Shown: positions 12,885 to 25,215, numbered from the stretch's first letter. The stretch is DNA of 64,000 nt from Squalus acanthias (GCA_030390025.1 CM059432.1:153142001-153206000); one strand, 5' to 3'. Notes: generated by a model from the letters alone, not told the origin. Program-made: numbers and translations.

Positions 12885-13186
12885 GAGAAACTATTTCCCC
12901 TGGGACTCAAGAACCAAGGGACAAAATCTTAAAATTAGAGCGAGGCCATTCAGGGGTGAAATCAGGAAGCACTTTTTCACGCAATGGGTAGTAGAAATCT
13001 GGAATTCTCTCCCCAAATGGCTGTGGATGCTTGGTCAATTGGAACATTCAAGATTAAGATCAATATCAAGGGATATGAAGCAAAGGCGGATATATGGAGT
13101 TCAAGTATAGATCAGCCATGATCTCATTGAATGGCGGAGCAGGCTTGAGGGACTGAATGGCCTACTCCTGTTCCTATATTCCTAAC
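12885..13186 (+). mobile_element. CR1 3' fragment
   Basis: End of ORF2 plus 3'UTR GATCAGCCATGATCTCATTGAATGGCGGAGCAGG. Confidence 0.8.
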
Positions 13187-13194
13187 ATAATAAA

Positions 13195-13390
13195 TATCCT
13201 TTAGGAAGAAACCCTGTCATCCTTACCCGGTCTGGCCAAGGTGCGACTCCAGTTCCGCACCAATTTGATTGGCTCCTAACTGTCCTTTGAAATGGCCGAG
13301 CAAGCCGCTCAATTAAGGGCAACTTTAGATGGACAATAAATGCTAGCCTTGCCAGTGTCGCCTACATCACGAGAATCAATTAAAAAAAAT
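13195..13390 (+). mobile_element. SINE 3' half, same family as 13408-15546 and tail-to-tail with it
   Basis: TCCTTTAGGAAGAAACCCTGTCATCCTTACCCGGTCTGGCC plus LINE-derived tail AATAAATGCTAGCCTTGCCAG. Confidence 0.7.
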
Positions 13391-13407
13391 TACCATGTTT
13401 TTTTTAA

Positions 13408-15546
13408 TTTATTCATTCACAGGATGTGGGCGTCGCTGGCAAGGCCAGCATTTATTGCCCATCCCTAATTGCCCTTGAGAAGGTGATGGTGAGCCATCAT
13501 TTCAGAGGGCAGTTAAGAGTCAACCACATTGCTGTGGGTCTGGAGTCACATATAGGCCAGACCCGGTAAGGACGGCAGATTTCCTTCCCTAAAGGACATT
13601 AGTGAACCTGATGGTTTTTTTTATGGCAATCTGGTAGGTTCATGGTTGCCATTACTGATACTAGCTTTTTTTAAAATTCCATGTTTATTTAATTAACTGA
13701 ATTTAAATTCCCCAGCTGCCATGGTGGGATTTGAACTCATGGCTGCGATTTCGCCTACCGAGGTGGGCTCAGTGCGGCCGAGGTAGGTGGCGGGTTGTGA
13801 CACCGCTCCCGGCTCCATCCCACTCTGTGAGAAGAATTTTTCATTGATTGGGCTAGTTAAGCCCGCCCTGCGAGGTTCCCGGCCAATTAAAAGGAAGCGG
13901 GTCTGATGACGTCATTTGATGACGCATCATCAGCCGGTTTCCTTAAAGGGGCCATGTCCACATTCATTTTGACAGTTCTGCTGTCAGTGTTCTGCAGCAT
14001 TGAGGTGCTGCAAACACTGACAAGCACTGCACAAAGGTGCACGGCTGCACCCAGGCTCTCCCATGACTCCCTCCATATGCTTATGGAGGGAGTCACAGCA
14101 TGCAGGAAGGTCCTCTTCCCTTCCAATGGGCAGAAGAGACATCTCCAGGACACCAACGCATCCTGGTTGCACATTGCACAGGAGGACACAAGCAGGGATG
14201 TCGTCAGGAGGACCAGGCTGCAGTGGCGTAAACCTTTCAATAATCTCAGTCGATCACGAAACGTTACTGCAAAGCCACATTCAACCTCATCCTGCTGTGC
14301 CACTCATCACATCCCCATCACTCTGCCTTCCCTACCCTACTCCTGCACATCCTTACTCACACCAACTTACCTTGCACCTCCACCCATCCCTCTCTATATA
14401 CATCATCACAGCCCCATCTCACTAGCCACCCCACACACTCACCCTCATCCTTGTCCAATCATACCAACTAACAACACACAAGGGTAGGCACTTGGGTCTT
14501 TTCACCAATGTTCATGTAAAGTTTCTGTTGATGTGTTGCCAAACATTGAAATCTTTATTTTCCACACTTTGCCTTCTTGGACAGATTCGTGTGCACCTTT
14601 GGAAGTGGCTTAGTGAGTTGCAGTGAATGGTGAGACATAACGGTACCCCTCGCAATGGTGATGCGTGTGAAAGGAATGGCTTGGGCAGTTGCAGGGATGC
14701 TTTATGGTGTTGGTGTGGGGTGGTGCCAACCTGGCACATCATGTGGCAGCCAGGGTGTACAGCGTCAAGTGAAGTAAATCTGGCCATGGTGAGGCCATCC
14801 CTGGCAATGTGGTCGAGTACTGATGGCCTGTGTCCTGTGCAGCATCAGGTGATTGCGGAGAAGGTTGATGTTGTTGTTGGTGATGCTGGTGTGCCTGGTG
14901 ATGTTGGTGTTGAGGTTGTTGGTGGTAGGATTCTGAGGATCAAGGTGAGATTTTTTCAATGGTACTGATGCTGCTGGAATAGATGGCAACTGAAGTTGAG
15001 ATGACAGAAGCGATCTGTCAGTGGTGAGACAATGGATAGAGAGTTTACTCCAAACACTTCCAAACTGCATAAAGCTGAAAAGTTTGTTCCAAATCCTGAA
15101 GGCTCTAGCTTCTCAGATTGGAAAGTGAACAGCTGTGAAATGGTAGCTTTTATACCACTTTTGCAGCTGTCAACTATTCAGAGGAATGGAGAGTCATTGA
15201 CAGCCCAACCTACTTACCTGACGTGATCCCCGAGCGCTGGGAGCCTCGTGAAAAAGCTGGTTAAATGGTAAGTATATGGTAAAATGGTGTTTAAGTACCT
15301 TTTAACAAGGTCTTAAGTATCTGAATTGGCTCACCCGCCACTTGATGTTGGGTCTGTAAAGTGCAGACAGACCCAACACTTGGGAAACTGACATGGAGGC
15401 GGGATGACAGTGGGATCACGACCCGCTGTCACTCTTTTCGATTTTGACAGTGGACCCGCCTCCGAAACCGTCCTCTGAGTGCCGGCAAAATTCCGGCCCA
15501 TGTCTCTGGATCACTAGTCCAAAAACATAACCACTGTACTGTACCC
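13408..15546 (-). mobile_element. tRNA-derived SINE (probably Meta-domain type) split by a Harbinger insertion: 13408-13740 and 15499-15546
   Basis: B box GAGTTCAAATCC on the minus strand at ~13727-13738; central TAATGTCCTTTAGGGAAGGAAATCTGCCGTCCTTACC; tail shared with the LINE at 4172. Confidence 0.75.
13741..15498 (+). mobile_element. Non-autonomous Harbinger (internal-deletion derivative), ~1.76 kb
   Basis: Ends GGCTGCGATTT / AAATTCCGGCC, flanked by CAT/CAT; degenerate Myb exon 1 (AAPRLSHDSL..MEGV..VLFPSNG..WRKPFNNL). Confidence 0.85.
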
Positions 15547-15729
15547 AAACTACCATATCGTACCGAAATAGCACAGAACTGCAATGTTCAGAAATTGTAC
15601 TTCATGTTAGTTAAAAAATGTGCACATTATAGTAACTATTTGTACTGGAAGGGACAGCAGGTCTACACGGCATCTCATTAACCAGGAACTGGTAAATCAC
15701 AAATAATGAGGAGGGGCCAAAGATGCTGT

Positions 15730-15819
15730 GGGGCTGAAGTTTGTCTTGGGCGGTAGTGGAAGACAGGCTGATTTGCTATCGCCTGTTTTCCGCTGTCACC
15801 CAAGACCAATTTCACCCCC
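15730..15819. mobile_element. ~90-bp fold-back mini-MITE with Harbinger-like ends
   Basis: GGGGCTGAAGTTTGTCTTGGG ... CCCAAGACCAATTTCACCCC imperfect palindrome. Confidence 0.6.
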
Positions 15820-16337
15820 CATGTCTGGCAATTCGGGGTGAGGAATGGTGAGGAATGGGGAGGCCTCTTCCAGCATAGAACAGGGGATTTCCAGCTTTGT
15901 TGACTGTTGCATGTTAAATGTTCACGTTAGGCTAAAGAACTTGCAAGATTAGATATTGGGTCCCCATACGTTTCATTTTCTTTTTAAAGTTAAAAATTTG
16001 GATAGCAGAGATCCCAACTTGGAAAGTCCCATTTCAGGGTAACACTGTTACAACCAACGGTTCATCTGTTAACTGCAGCCTGAAAGACTCCTCACAAGCA
16101 CACACTTCAGATATGTTTGAGCCATGCAGAGATTTAACATCAGTATCCCACCGCTGCCTGTGGGTCCCACACTGGTGGGCTAATGGTGGGCTTTCCAAGC
16201 TTTCAGTCCTCAGCAGCCATATAGGTGTGTACCATGGTGCCTCAGGTGGCTAATTTAACTTTGTATTTCCACTCATTTGCAACACCTTAAATTGCTGATA
16301 CTAACAAATCTTGCTGTTGTGATTTAGAATTTATCTA

Positions 16338-16850
16338 TGAACAACAACTTGTATCTATAAAGAGCCCTTCATGTAGAAAAATGACCCAAGGCGCCTCACA
16401 GAGGTGTAATCAGACAAAAATTGATGCTGAGCCAAACAAAGAGATATTAGTCGGGGTGACCATGAGCTTAATCAAAGACATGGGTTTTAAGGAGGGTCTT
16501 AAAGGAGGAGAGAGAGGTGGAGAGGTTTAAAGCGGGAATTCCAGAGTTTAGTGCACACACGCTGAATGCACGACTGCTTATGGTGGGACGAAGGGAGTGC
16601 GGGTGCACAAGAGGCCAGAGTTGAAGGAATGCAGAGTTCTCGGAGGGTTCTAAGGCTGAAGAAGGGTGCAGAAATAGAGGGGGCGAGGCCATGAACGGAT
16701 TTGAGCACAAGGATGAGAATTTTAAATTTGTGGTCTTGAAGGTTCAGAGCCAATGTCGGTCAGCAAGGACAGGGGTGATGGGTGTGGAGGACTTGGTGTT
16801 GGTTAGGATATGGGCAGCAGAGCTTTGAATGAGCTGAAGTAGGAGGTAAC
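16338..16850 (-). mobile_element. L2 LINE 3' fragment
   Basis: Minus-strand peptides QSSAAHILT..PITPVLAD.HWL, FKILILV.KS.HGLAP, SFKTLLKTHVF; (TTG)n tail. Confidence 0.85.
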
Positions 16851-17277
16851 AGCTCACAGAATAGTCCTTTCCAAACCTCCAGGCCCACAAAATTGAAACA
16901 GGGAAAACCAGGGAATAGGAAATATAAGTGCAAATAGGACTGAATTGGTTGAGGTACGAAGGCCAGAATCCCAGGACCCATGGCTGCAGTTTGGATACCG
17001 CTGGTCTAATGTACTCTGTAGCCACCCAACATAGTTTATAAACTGGCGATGTTGCTATTTTCAGGGAATTTGTTTAACCATTTGGGGAAAAATGCAATTT
17101 CCCCTCCACTTTGCAATATTCTTTTATAAACATATAAAAAGTAAAAGGATAGTTAAAGCAATGATGGGGCTGATTAGTGAGAAAAAAGGAAATCTTCTTG
17201 TGGAGACAGAGGGCACGACTGAGGTACTAAATGAGTACTTTGTATCTGTCTTCACAAAAGAAGAGGATGAAGTTAAT

Positions 17278-18028
17278 GGCCCAGATATTCCGATCCCTAC
17301 AGGTGTGTCCGCGCTGTGTACTCACCCGTAGGGACATCGGAAATGCCGGTTTCAGGCATGCACAGCGCATGCGCTGAAAACCGGCATTTCCAATCTGTCA
17401 AGAATGGTCTTGGCAGATCCTCCGGCTGCCTGGGAGAAGGGCCTCTGCGGGCGGAGAGTTCCGCTTTTTGGAGACCCTCCGCCCGCAGAAAACACTTACA
17501 ATTCTTGCGCCTGTAAAAGCAGCGTAAGGCCTGCTTTTACCAGGATAAGAGTTGAAAAAAAGTTTAAAAAAAAAATTTTTTCACTGATTTATCATTTAAA
17601 AATACTTTAAAAAAGGTAAGTTTACTTTTAGCCCCGTACAAAACTTTAATTATTTTTTTCAAAAAATTAAATTTTTGTTTATTAATTTGTTGTAATTTCA
17701 AGTCATTTTAAAAATGTGATTTAAAAAAAAAAATTATTTGAAGTTTTACTATGTTTTTTCATTGATCTCCCTTCATATATTTGACAGGTCTTCCTGTCAA
17801 ATATATGAAGGGAGATTCCCTTCTTTGATTGGCTCCCCAGGGCCCACGTGATCCCAGGGACGCTGCGAACTACCTGCGCCCCTGGGATACGTGGGCCCTG
17901 CGCACTTGAGTTTGGAGAGGCCCAGGAGCGGAAGCGTGTGCGTCCCGGGAGCCCTCAGGTAAGGGCGCAGATTTTTCCAGATCGCAGGCCTCCGTCCGCG
18001 GGAGGCCTGCGATCGGAAAATACGGGTC
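17278..18028. mobile_element. Harbinger-type MITE, ~750 bp, with internal perfect hairpins
   Basis: GGCCCAGATATTCCG / CGGAAAATACGGGTC imperfect TIRs; flanks AAT/TAT; CR1 frame resumes after it. Confidence 0.75.
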
Positions 18029-18581
18029 TATGTCGCAGTAGAGATGGGGGAGTAGAAATATTGGATAGGATAAAAATAGATAGAAAGGAGATACTAAATA
18101 GGTTGGCATCACTCAAAGTTAATAAGCCACCCAGTCCAGGTGGGATGCATCCTAGGTTGCTGAGGGAAGCTAGGGTGAAGATAGCAGAAGCTCTGACCAC
18201 AATCTTCCAATCCTCCTTGGATGTGGGGGTGGTGCCAGAGGACTGGAGGATTGCAAATGTTCACATCCCTGTTCAAAGAAGGGGAAAGGGATAAACCGGG
18301 TAACTACAGGCCAATCAGTCTAACGTCAGTGGTGGGAAAACTACTAGAGACCACTGTCAACGACAAATTTAATTCTCACTTGGAGAAGCATGGGTTAATA
18401 AGGGACAGTCAGCATGGATTTGTTAAAAGCAAATCATGTCTGACTAACCTGATTGAGTTCTTTGATGAAGTAACAGAAGGGGTTGATGAAGGTAGTGTAG
18501 TAGATGGTGTATATATGGGTTTTCAAAAGGCATTTGATAAAGTACCACATAACAGACTTATTCGGAAAATAGAAAGCCGAG

Positions 18582-19297
18582 GGGGGAGAAATTCGGTATC
18601 GCCCCGTTTGGGGCGACAAAACTTTAAAAGTTGAAAAATTAGCACCAGGTACTAATCATTCTCGCCTCCCGCGAAATTCAGTTTTAGCGCTCCAAGAGGG
18701 AAGTGGAGCGAAATCAAGCGCTAACCACTTCTCTTAGAGCGCTAAAGTCTGAGAGCAGGGCGGTAGTGGCAGAGCGCTAAACAATTTTGAGCGCATTGTA
18801 AACGGCACTCTTTCATCACAGAGGCTGCTTCCCTCGCTTACAGGGGAGGGCCAATGATGCTGCACAAGCTAGTTATCGTCAGTTCTGTTTTGCAAGGTGA
18901 CCTGGGCAACTGCCATTACAGCCCCAAACACTCTCACAAAGTGGAGGGCTCGGACATCTCGCACCAATGAAACATTAAAAACTTTGTGCAGGCACCAGAC
19001 TGGTGCAAATAATAAAGGTTGCGCGAGCTGAAAAGCATTCCCTTTAATTACCGCTCCCGAAGCGGCCAGCCGAGTTCACAACGCCTCCTCTTGCTGGCGT
19101 TGTCGGCGCGAGGCAATAAAGCAGGGGGTGAGAGTCAATTTACCATCCAGGGCGATAACGGGGCGCTGCGCACAAACCGGCACTGAAGTTCGCGGGTGTC
19201 ACTGCATTCGCCGCGCCCGGGCGCTAACTCCTTAGCGCCCCATTAGCACCCCCACCAGGCGCTAATGGGAGGCACTAACATACCGAATTTCGTGCCC
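18582..19297. mobile_element. Harbinger MITE related to element A and to 60403-61128
   Basis: GGGGGAGAAATTCGGTAT / ATACCGAATTTCGTGCCC; multiple TTAGCGC/GCGCTAA motifs; interrupts CR1. Confidence 0.85.
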
Positions 19298-19766
19298 ACG
19301 GTTTTAAAGGGACGATGATAACTTTGGTACATAACTGGCTAAGCGATAGACTAAGAGAGCAACGGTGAACGGATGTTTTTCTGACTGAAGAGAAGTATGC
19401 AGTGGGGCCCCCAGGGGTTGGTATTAGGACCTGGACTTGGGTAATGGGAGTACAATTTTGAAGTTTGCGGATGATACAAAACTTGGCAATATAGTAAATA
19501 GTGAGCAGGATAGTAGCAGACTTCACGAGGACATAGACAGACTGCTGTAATGGGCAGACACATGGCAGATGCAATTTAATATGGATAAATGTAAAGTGAT
19601 GCACTTTGGGAGATACAACATCGCTTGGCAGTATAATCTCAATGGTGCTATTTTGAGGGGGGTGCAAGAGCAGCATAGTGATGCATATCACAAATCTTTG
19701 AAGGTGGCAGGGCAAGTTGATAAGGCGGTTAAGAAAGTGTACGGGATACTTGGCTTTGTAAATAGG

Positions 19767-19978
19767 GAGAAGTCGCACAACACCAGGTTATAGTCCAACA
19801 GTTTTATTTGAAATCACAAGCTTTCGGAGCGCTGCTCCTTCGTCAGGTCACTTCACCTGACGAAGGAGCAGCAGCTCCGAAAGCTTGTGATTTCAAATAA
19901 AACTGTTGGACTATAACCTGGTGTTGTGCGACTTCTCACTTTTGTCCACCCCAGTCCAACACCGGCATCTCCGCATCA
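19767..19978. mobile_element. Penelope-like (PLE) fold-back insertion
   Basis: 82/83-nt near-perfect inverted arms (19767-19848, 19855-19937) plus a ~40-nt extension; ~13-bp TSD TTTGTAAATAGGG. Confidence 0.8.
19853..19890 (+). ncRNA. Minimal hammerhead ribozyme motif (PLE type)
   Basis: TCAC-CTGACGA-A-GGAGC-AGCA-GCTCC-GAAA-GCTT-GTGA: core boxes, stem II, palindromic AGCT stem III, TCAC/GTGA stem I. Confidence 0.7.
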
Positions 19979-20554
19979 TTTGTAAATAGGGGCATTGAAT
20001 ACAGAAACAAGGAAGTCATGCTGAACCTTTACAAATCACTGGTTAGGCCTTAGCTGGAGTATTGTGTATAATCATAGGCAACACACTTTAGGAAGGATGT
20101 CAAGGCCTTGGAGAGGGTACAGAGGAGGTATACCAGGATGATACCAGGGATTAGGGACTTCAGTAATTTGGAGAGATTGGAGAAGGTGGGATTGTTCTCC
20201 TTGGAGCAGAGAAGGTTAAGGGGAGACCTAATAGAGGTAGTTAAAATTATGAGGGTTTTGTTAGAACAAGTAGGGAGAAACTGCTTCCTCTGGTCATAGA
20301 TTGAAAATAATTGGCAAAAGAACTAGAGGGGAAATGAGGAGAATTTTTTTCACACAGACGTTTGTTAAGATCTGGAACACACTACCTGAAAGGGTGGAAT
20401 CAGATTCCATAGGACCTTTCCAAAGGAAATTTGCAGGATTATGGGGAAAGAGCTGGGGTGTGGGACAAAATTGGACAGCTCTTGCAAAGAGCCGGCACAG
20501 ACACAACAGGCTGAATGGCCTCCTTCTGTGCTGTAAGATTTTATGATTGTAGAA

Positions 20555-20980
20555 GAAAAAGAAAGACTTGCATTTATCTAGCGCCTTTCATGACCCCAGG
20601 ACGTCCCAAATCGCTTTACAGTCAATTAAGTACTTTTGAAGTGTAGTCACTGTTGTAATGTAGGAAATGTGGCAGCCAATTTGCGCACAGCAAGGTCCCA
20701 CAAATAGCAATGATATAATGGCCAGTTCATCTGTTTTAGAGATGTTGGTTGAGGGATAAATATTGGCCAGGACACAGGGCAAACTCCTGGGCTTTTCTTC
20801 GAATAATGCAATGGGATCTTTTACATCCACTTGATAGAGCAGTCGAGGCTTCAGTTTAATGTCTCATCCAAAGGATGTCACCTCTGACAGTGCAGCATTA
20901 TCTCAGTACTGCACTGGATTGTCAGCCTGGATTATGTGCTCAAATCTCTGGAGTGAGACCTGAAATCACGATCTTCTGGA
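20555..20980 (-). mobile_element. Deu-domain SINE (SacSINE1/AmnSINE1-like) with L2-type tail, near full length
   Basis: Minus strand GGATGAGACATTAAACTGAAGCC..GTGGATGTAAAAGATCCCATTGC..GTCCTGGCCAA; tail TGTAAAGCGATTTGGGACG..AAAGGCGCTAGATAAATGCAAG. Confidence 0.8.
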
Positions 20981-21045
20981 AATGTCCAGATCCAGGATAT
21001 TTTGGAAGAACTTGAATAATCCCCCAAATTCTGAGAAACTATTTA

Positions 21046-21198
21046 AAGGCAGCACTGTGGGAGTACCAGCACCACACAGGCTGCAGTGGTTCAAGAAGGC
21101 AGCTCACCACCCCCTTCTCAAGGGCAATTAGGGATGGGCAATAAATGCTGGTCTTACCAGCGATGCCCACATCCCATGAACGAATAATAAAAAAAATA
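21046..21198 (+). mobile_element. 3' tail of the 4172-type LINE
   Basis: GCAGCACTGTGGGAGTACC...GGGCAATTAGGGATGGGCAATAAATGCTGG..GAACGAAT. Confidence 0.8.
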
Positions 21199-21280
21199 AA
21201 CTTGCCTTTGTATCTGCACGGTCCCATCTTACTCCTGGTATAAGCAGAGGGTTGGTTTTTAAAAGCAGAATTGTTCTTAC

Positions 21281-21400
21281 CTCTGGGGTTGGTCCTTTCT
21301 TGGACGCTACTATGATGTTCTGTAATCTCAGCAAAAACGCTGGGGTAAGGTGACTCATTACAACAGCTTGAGGATCAGTGAGTGGCTTCTTTCCTGAGCT
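21281..21400 (-). CDS. Candidate 120-nt internal host exon (SSGKKPLTDPQAVVMSHLTPAFLLRLQNIIVASKKGPTPE); gene unidentified
   Basis: TTGTTTTTGCTTGTAG acceptor, GAG|GTAAGA donor, open in phase 0, not recognisably repetitive. Confidence 0.4.
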
Positions 21401-22259
21401 CTACAAGCAAAAACAAATGTCTCAGATAAAGAGACATCAGGACCCTTGTTAATTGCTGCTTGTGACTCGATTCCATTAATCGTTTTTAGCTGCATGTAGC
21501 CCTTACTCTTGGTTTAGCTGTTTTATATAAAAAATATATCCCATTTAATGTTTCCTTTCTTTCTGCTCCTTCCATGCCCTACCCAACAGAATGAGTTGGC
21601 TGACTTACTCCTTGGCCTCGTCCAATGCCACTCTTGGGCCCCTTGCAAGAGCAGCTCAGGGTGACTCAACTAAAAAGGGAATCTCACTAAGCACAGAACC
21701 ATAAGTGTGAAGCTGTACCATAACACTCTGTGGGGCTTTATACTGTATTATTCCATCCGACATGTTCTTTTGTCTCCAGGGGCAGAGGGTACCAAGTTTC
21801 TCTAGTTCCATTTTCTTAGCTGACTTGCAACCAAGATGGTGAGTGACTGACCTGATTCCAGGCTTCACTAATATTGCGATAAGCCCACCGCTAGAGGCAT
21901 GCAAGAGGAGCCTGGAAGTGATCACCTCTCTAATTTTCCCAGCACCTTATGGGGACAGTCTTGGGCTCCTGGCCTTCATTTGGTGGATTCCCACAGTAAT
22001 GCTGCTGAGATGGAGAAGTCAGTTGAACTGAGATTTAAACTTACATCCCTTCACTGCTTCACTATTAAAGTAGCAGGAATTTCAGCTGAACTCCACGGTG
22101 TAATTTTAAACGAATGAGAGTTGGGTCGTTAATATCCCATGATATAATTTCAGATGAACAGTTATATCTTAATACATTGGTATTGCAGGTCCCACATGTA
22201 CATAAATGTACATATTAAGATTATATATTTAAAAGATATTCATATATTAAATTTATAGG

Positions 22260-22415
22260 TATGGGGTTACGGGGTAGGGTGGGATATGTGTACTGTGGGG
22301 ATTAAAGCAGGGACAGGGTACTGGATTTGGATGATCAGCCATGATTGTATTGAATGGTGGAGCAGGCTCGACGGGCCGAATGGCCTACTCCTGCTCCTAG
22401 ATTCTATGTTTCTAT
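22260..22415 (+). mobile_element. CR1 3'UTR fragment within AT-rich low-complexity DNA (~22190-22660)
   Basis: GATCAGCCATGATTGTATTGAATGGTGGAGCAGGCTCGACGGGCCGAATGGCC..TTCTATGTTTCTAT. Confidence 0.8.
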
Positions 22416-23532
22416 AAACATATCTATATTAAAAATGTAGACATAGATGTATCAATATTAAAATTGTTGGTATATAAATGTACAATCCACATTAACATTA
22501 CAGATATATAAATTATAGGTACATAAATGTATCTATATTAAAATTATCCATCTATAAATATGTATCTATATTTAAATTATAGGGATATCAATTAAAATGG
22601 CAGATACATGTCTATCTATATGTGATTCTATATATATCTATTATATGATATATATGTTCATGAAATAAAGCATAAAGAAGAAAACAGAATATGCCAACAT
22701 TAAGAGTCTTTCCTAATAGCAGTTAAGCAGCATATAATTTTAAAAGGTGGAATGAACAAATGGCACTCTGGTAATCAAAGGGTTATAGTGTAGAAATCTT
22801 TAAAATTTATTTATGTGGATTTTCCTTCTCATGGAAGAAAGAAAGTGTCGACATTTACTGTTCTCTGCAGGCTGGTTGATAGTGACGTAGCCATTCTTTT
22901 CATATTGCCATGAGTCAGTGCGCCATCACCGAAACATCCAATAGTTAATGAAAGCCCACAAACTTCAGACAGACCCTTTGTAATCAATGAGGTCACTGAG
23001 TACCTTTGATCTGCTACCATTTTGACGTCAGGTCCACTTCTGTGACTTTGAGATCAAGGCTGTTGTACAAAGCTAACTCTCTCAAGGGGACTTGACACAA
23101 TGGAGCAGGGGCGTAAAAGCAGCCCATCCCACCCCCACACATGGGGGAAAAGGCTCCACAAGCACATCATCAGTGAAGGGGTGTGAGAAACACACTTCAA
23201 CACAGCTCACATTAAAACTCAGCACCACACCTACGCCAATAACAGACGCAAGCATGGAACACATGCGAATGCACTGACGCCACGCACAGAATATGGTAAT
23301 AACTTGTAAAAATACTTATTTCACTCCAGCCCACACAATTAAAGCTGAAAGTGCAGAGTTAGCAAAAAAAAACAGTGATAGAAAAGTCTACATTATTTCC
23401 CAACAGAATTATTTGGATACATAATTACTACGGTGACGTCATTTATTGTCATTTTGTTTTTGACATCTACATCCTCTTCAGCAAATATCTGCTGATGCAT
23501 TTTTTACTATCCCTGGCCCTCATGACATTTAG

Positions 23533-23785
23533 CAACATAGGAACAGGAGTAGGCCATTCAGCACCTCGGGCCTGTTCCGCCATTCAATCATGGCTGATCT
23601 GTAGCTTAACTCCATCTATCCACCTTGGTTCCATAACCCATAATATCCTTACCTAACCAAAATCTATCAATCTCAGTTTTGAATTTTTCAATTGACCCCC
23701 AGTCTCAGCAGCTTTTTGAGCAAGAGAATTCCATATTTCTAATAGCCTTTGTGCGAAGAAGTGCTTCCAGACATCACCCTGAACA
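23533..23785 (-). mobile_element. CR1 3' fragment
   Basis: AACATAGGAACAGGAGTAGGCCATTCAG...ATCATGGCTGATC. Confidence 0.75.
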
Positions 23786-24864
23786 TTTGCTCTCATGTGC
23801 GATCTCGTTCTCATTACAGCTCAATTTCAAATTAATGAGACTTGGGTAGTTGCCTGTCTTTCAAGCTGGTTAGTTCTCTTTCTTATTTATTACTTTTTAT
23901 AAGGTTTTTTTTTAGCCAGCTAAAATGGGACAAAAATCTGGAAAATTCCTCTTTGCCCCCCAGGTTGGCAAATCGTCGGCAGTGTTTGCCAGAATTTGCC
24001 AGAATTTTCAATCCACACTCTGACGAGCAAGTATTGGATTTCTACCTTCTCAATCAGTCACGTTTTAGTGAGATATCTCCACACACTAACATCACCATCT
24101 AATATTGTCTAAGCAGAAAACTATTGATTACAGAGCTTAAGAAAGCTGCAGTCCCTCATAATATGTGAAAAGTATTTAAACTGTTTTTGTAGAATCATTG
24201 CACTATTTCCATATACTTGTGCTTTGTGTATGGTTCAAAACATTTCCCCATCAAGACAAATTTCTGTTGTGCTCTTTACCGTTCCCATATTCCCCAAAAT
24301 CAGGAACTATTACCAAAGAACACATTTTGTGCAATTTAAGGCTGCTGGCACATTTGAGAAGCACAGCTGATTCATTGTGTGGGCAGCAGCAGCAGTTGCT
24401 GGAGATGAACAGCACATCCCTCAGCATTCTGTTCCTGCCATCGCGTTGGCCTCTGCGATCTTCCCCCGGGTCTGCTGCTGGGTGCCTGCCTGAGTCAGGC
24501 AGTAGGCCCATTTTAAATACAAATCAGGGTCCTATGATGTAGAAGGGACCCTGTTTGCCATTTTAGAACAGTACTGGGCATGGCGGAGCTGGCGGTCCAG
24601 CCGAACAGGAGCTCAAAGGTAAGTCTGTGTTTATTTTTGTGGAGCTGGGAAGGGCATGTCAGCTCTTCCGGGCTCCACAGGATGAGCCTGGATCACTGCC
24701 ACTCCAGGTCCCCCCACTCTAACACTCGATATTCTGTTACACAAGAGCAAGAGTTGTTAAAATTAAGTTTAAAATTGTAACTTTTTTAAAAATCCCTTCA
24801 CGGTAAATAAACTATGCAATTCATGTCTTTCGGTATCCAGAGAGCTTCAGACTCTAGAAAGAAG

Positions 24865-25215
24865 AGACATCCATTTATACAGCACCACATCAGGTCCGCA
24901 GATGTTCCAAAGTTCTTTAGACCCAATGGACAACTTTTTTTGAAGTCTAGACACTTCTAGTCTCACAAACAGCAAATGAATGACCAGTTAATATGTTTTT
25001 GGTTGAGAAAAGAATGTTGGCCAGCACACCTCCCTACTGTTGTTTGAACAGTGTCATTGAATCTTTAACATGCACCTGAGCTGGCAGACTGGGGCTTCAG
25101 TATTAACCTTTTATCTGAAAAATGGCACCTCTGACAGTGCAGTAGTCCCTCAGTACTGTACTGAAGTGCCAGCCTAGATTATGTGCTCAAGCCATGACCT
25201 TTTGATTCAGAGAGT
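24865..25215 (-). mobile_element. Degenerate Deu-domain SINE
   Basis: GGCACCTCTGACAGTGCAG..CCCTCAGTACTG..AGCCTAGATTATGTGCTCAAG, as at 20880-20945. Confidence 0.7.

Larger units (their letters stand above)
17120..20550 (+). mobile_element. Degraded CR1 ORF2 and 3'UTR interrupted by three insertions
   Basis: CR1 peptides in ORFs 17092, 17848, 18221, 19569, 20108 and 20301. Confidence 0.85.

Noticed and set aside
21608..21838. Additional short exon-like segments (61 nt minus, 59 nt plus)
   Set aside because: Not frame-compatible with the 21281-21400 candidate and no other support
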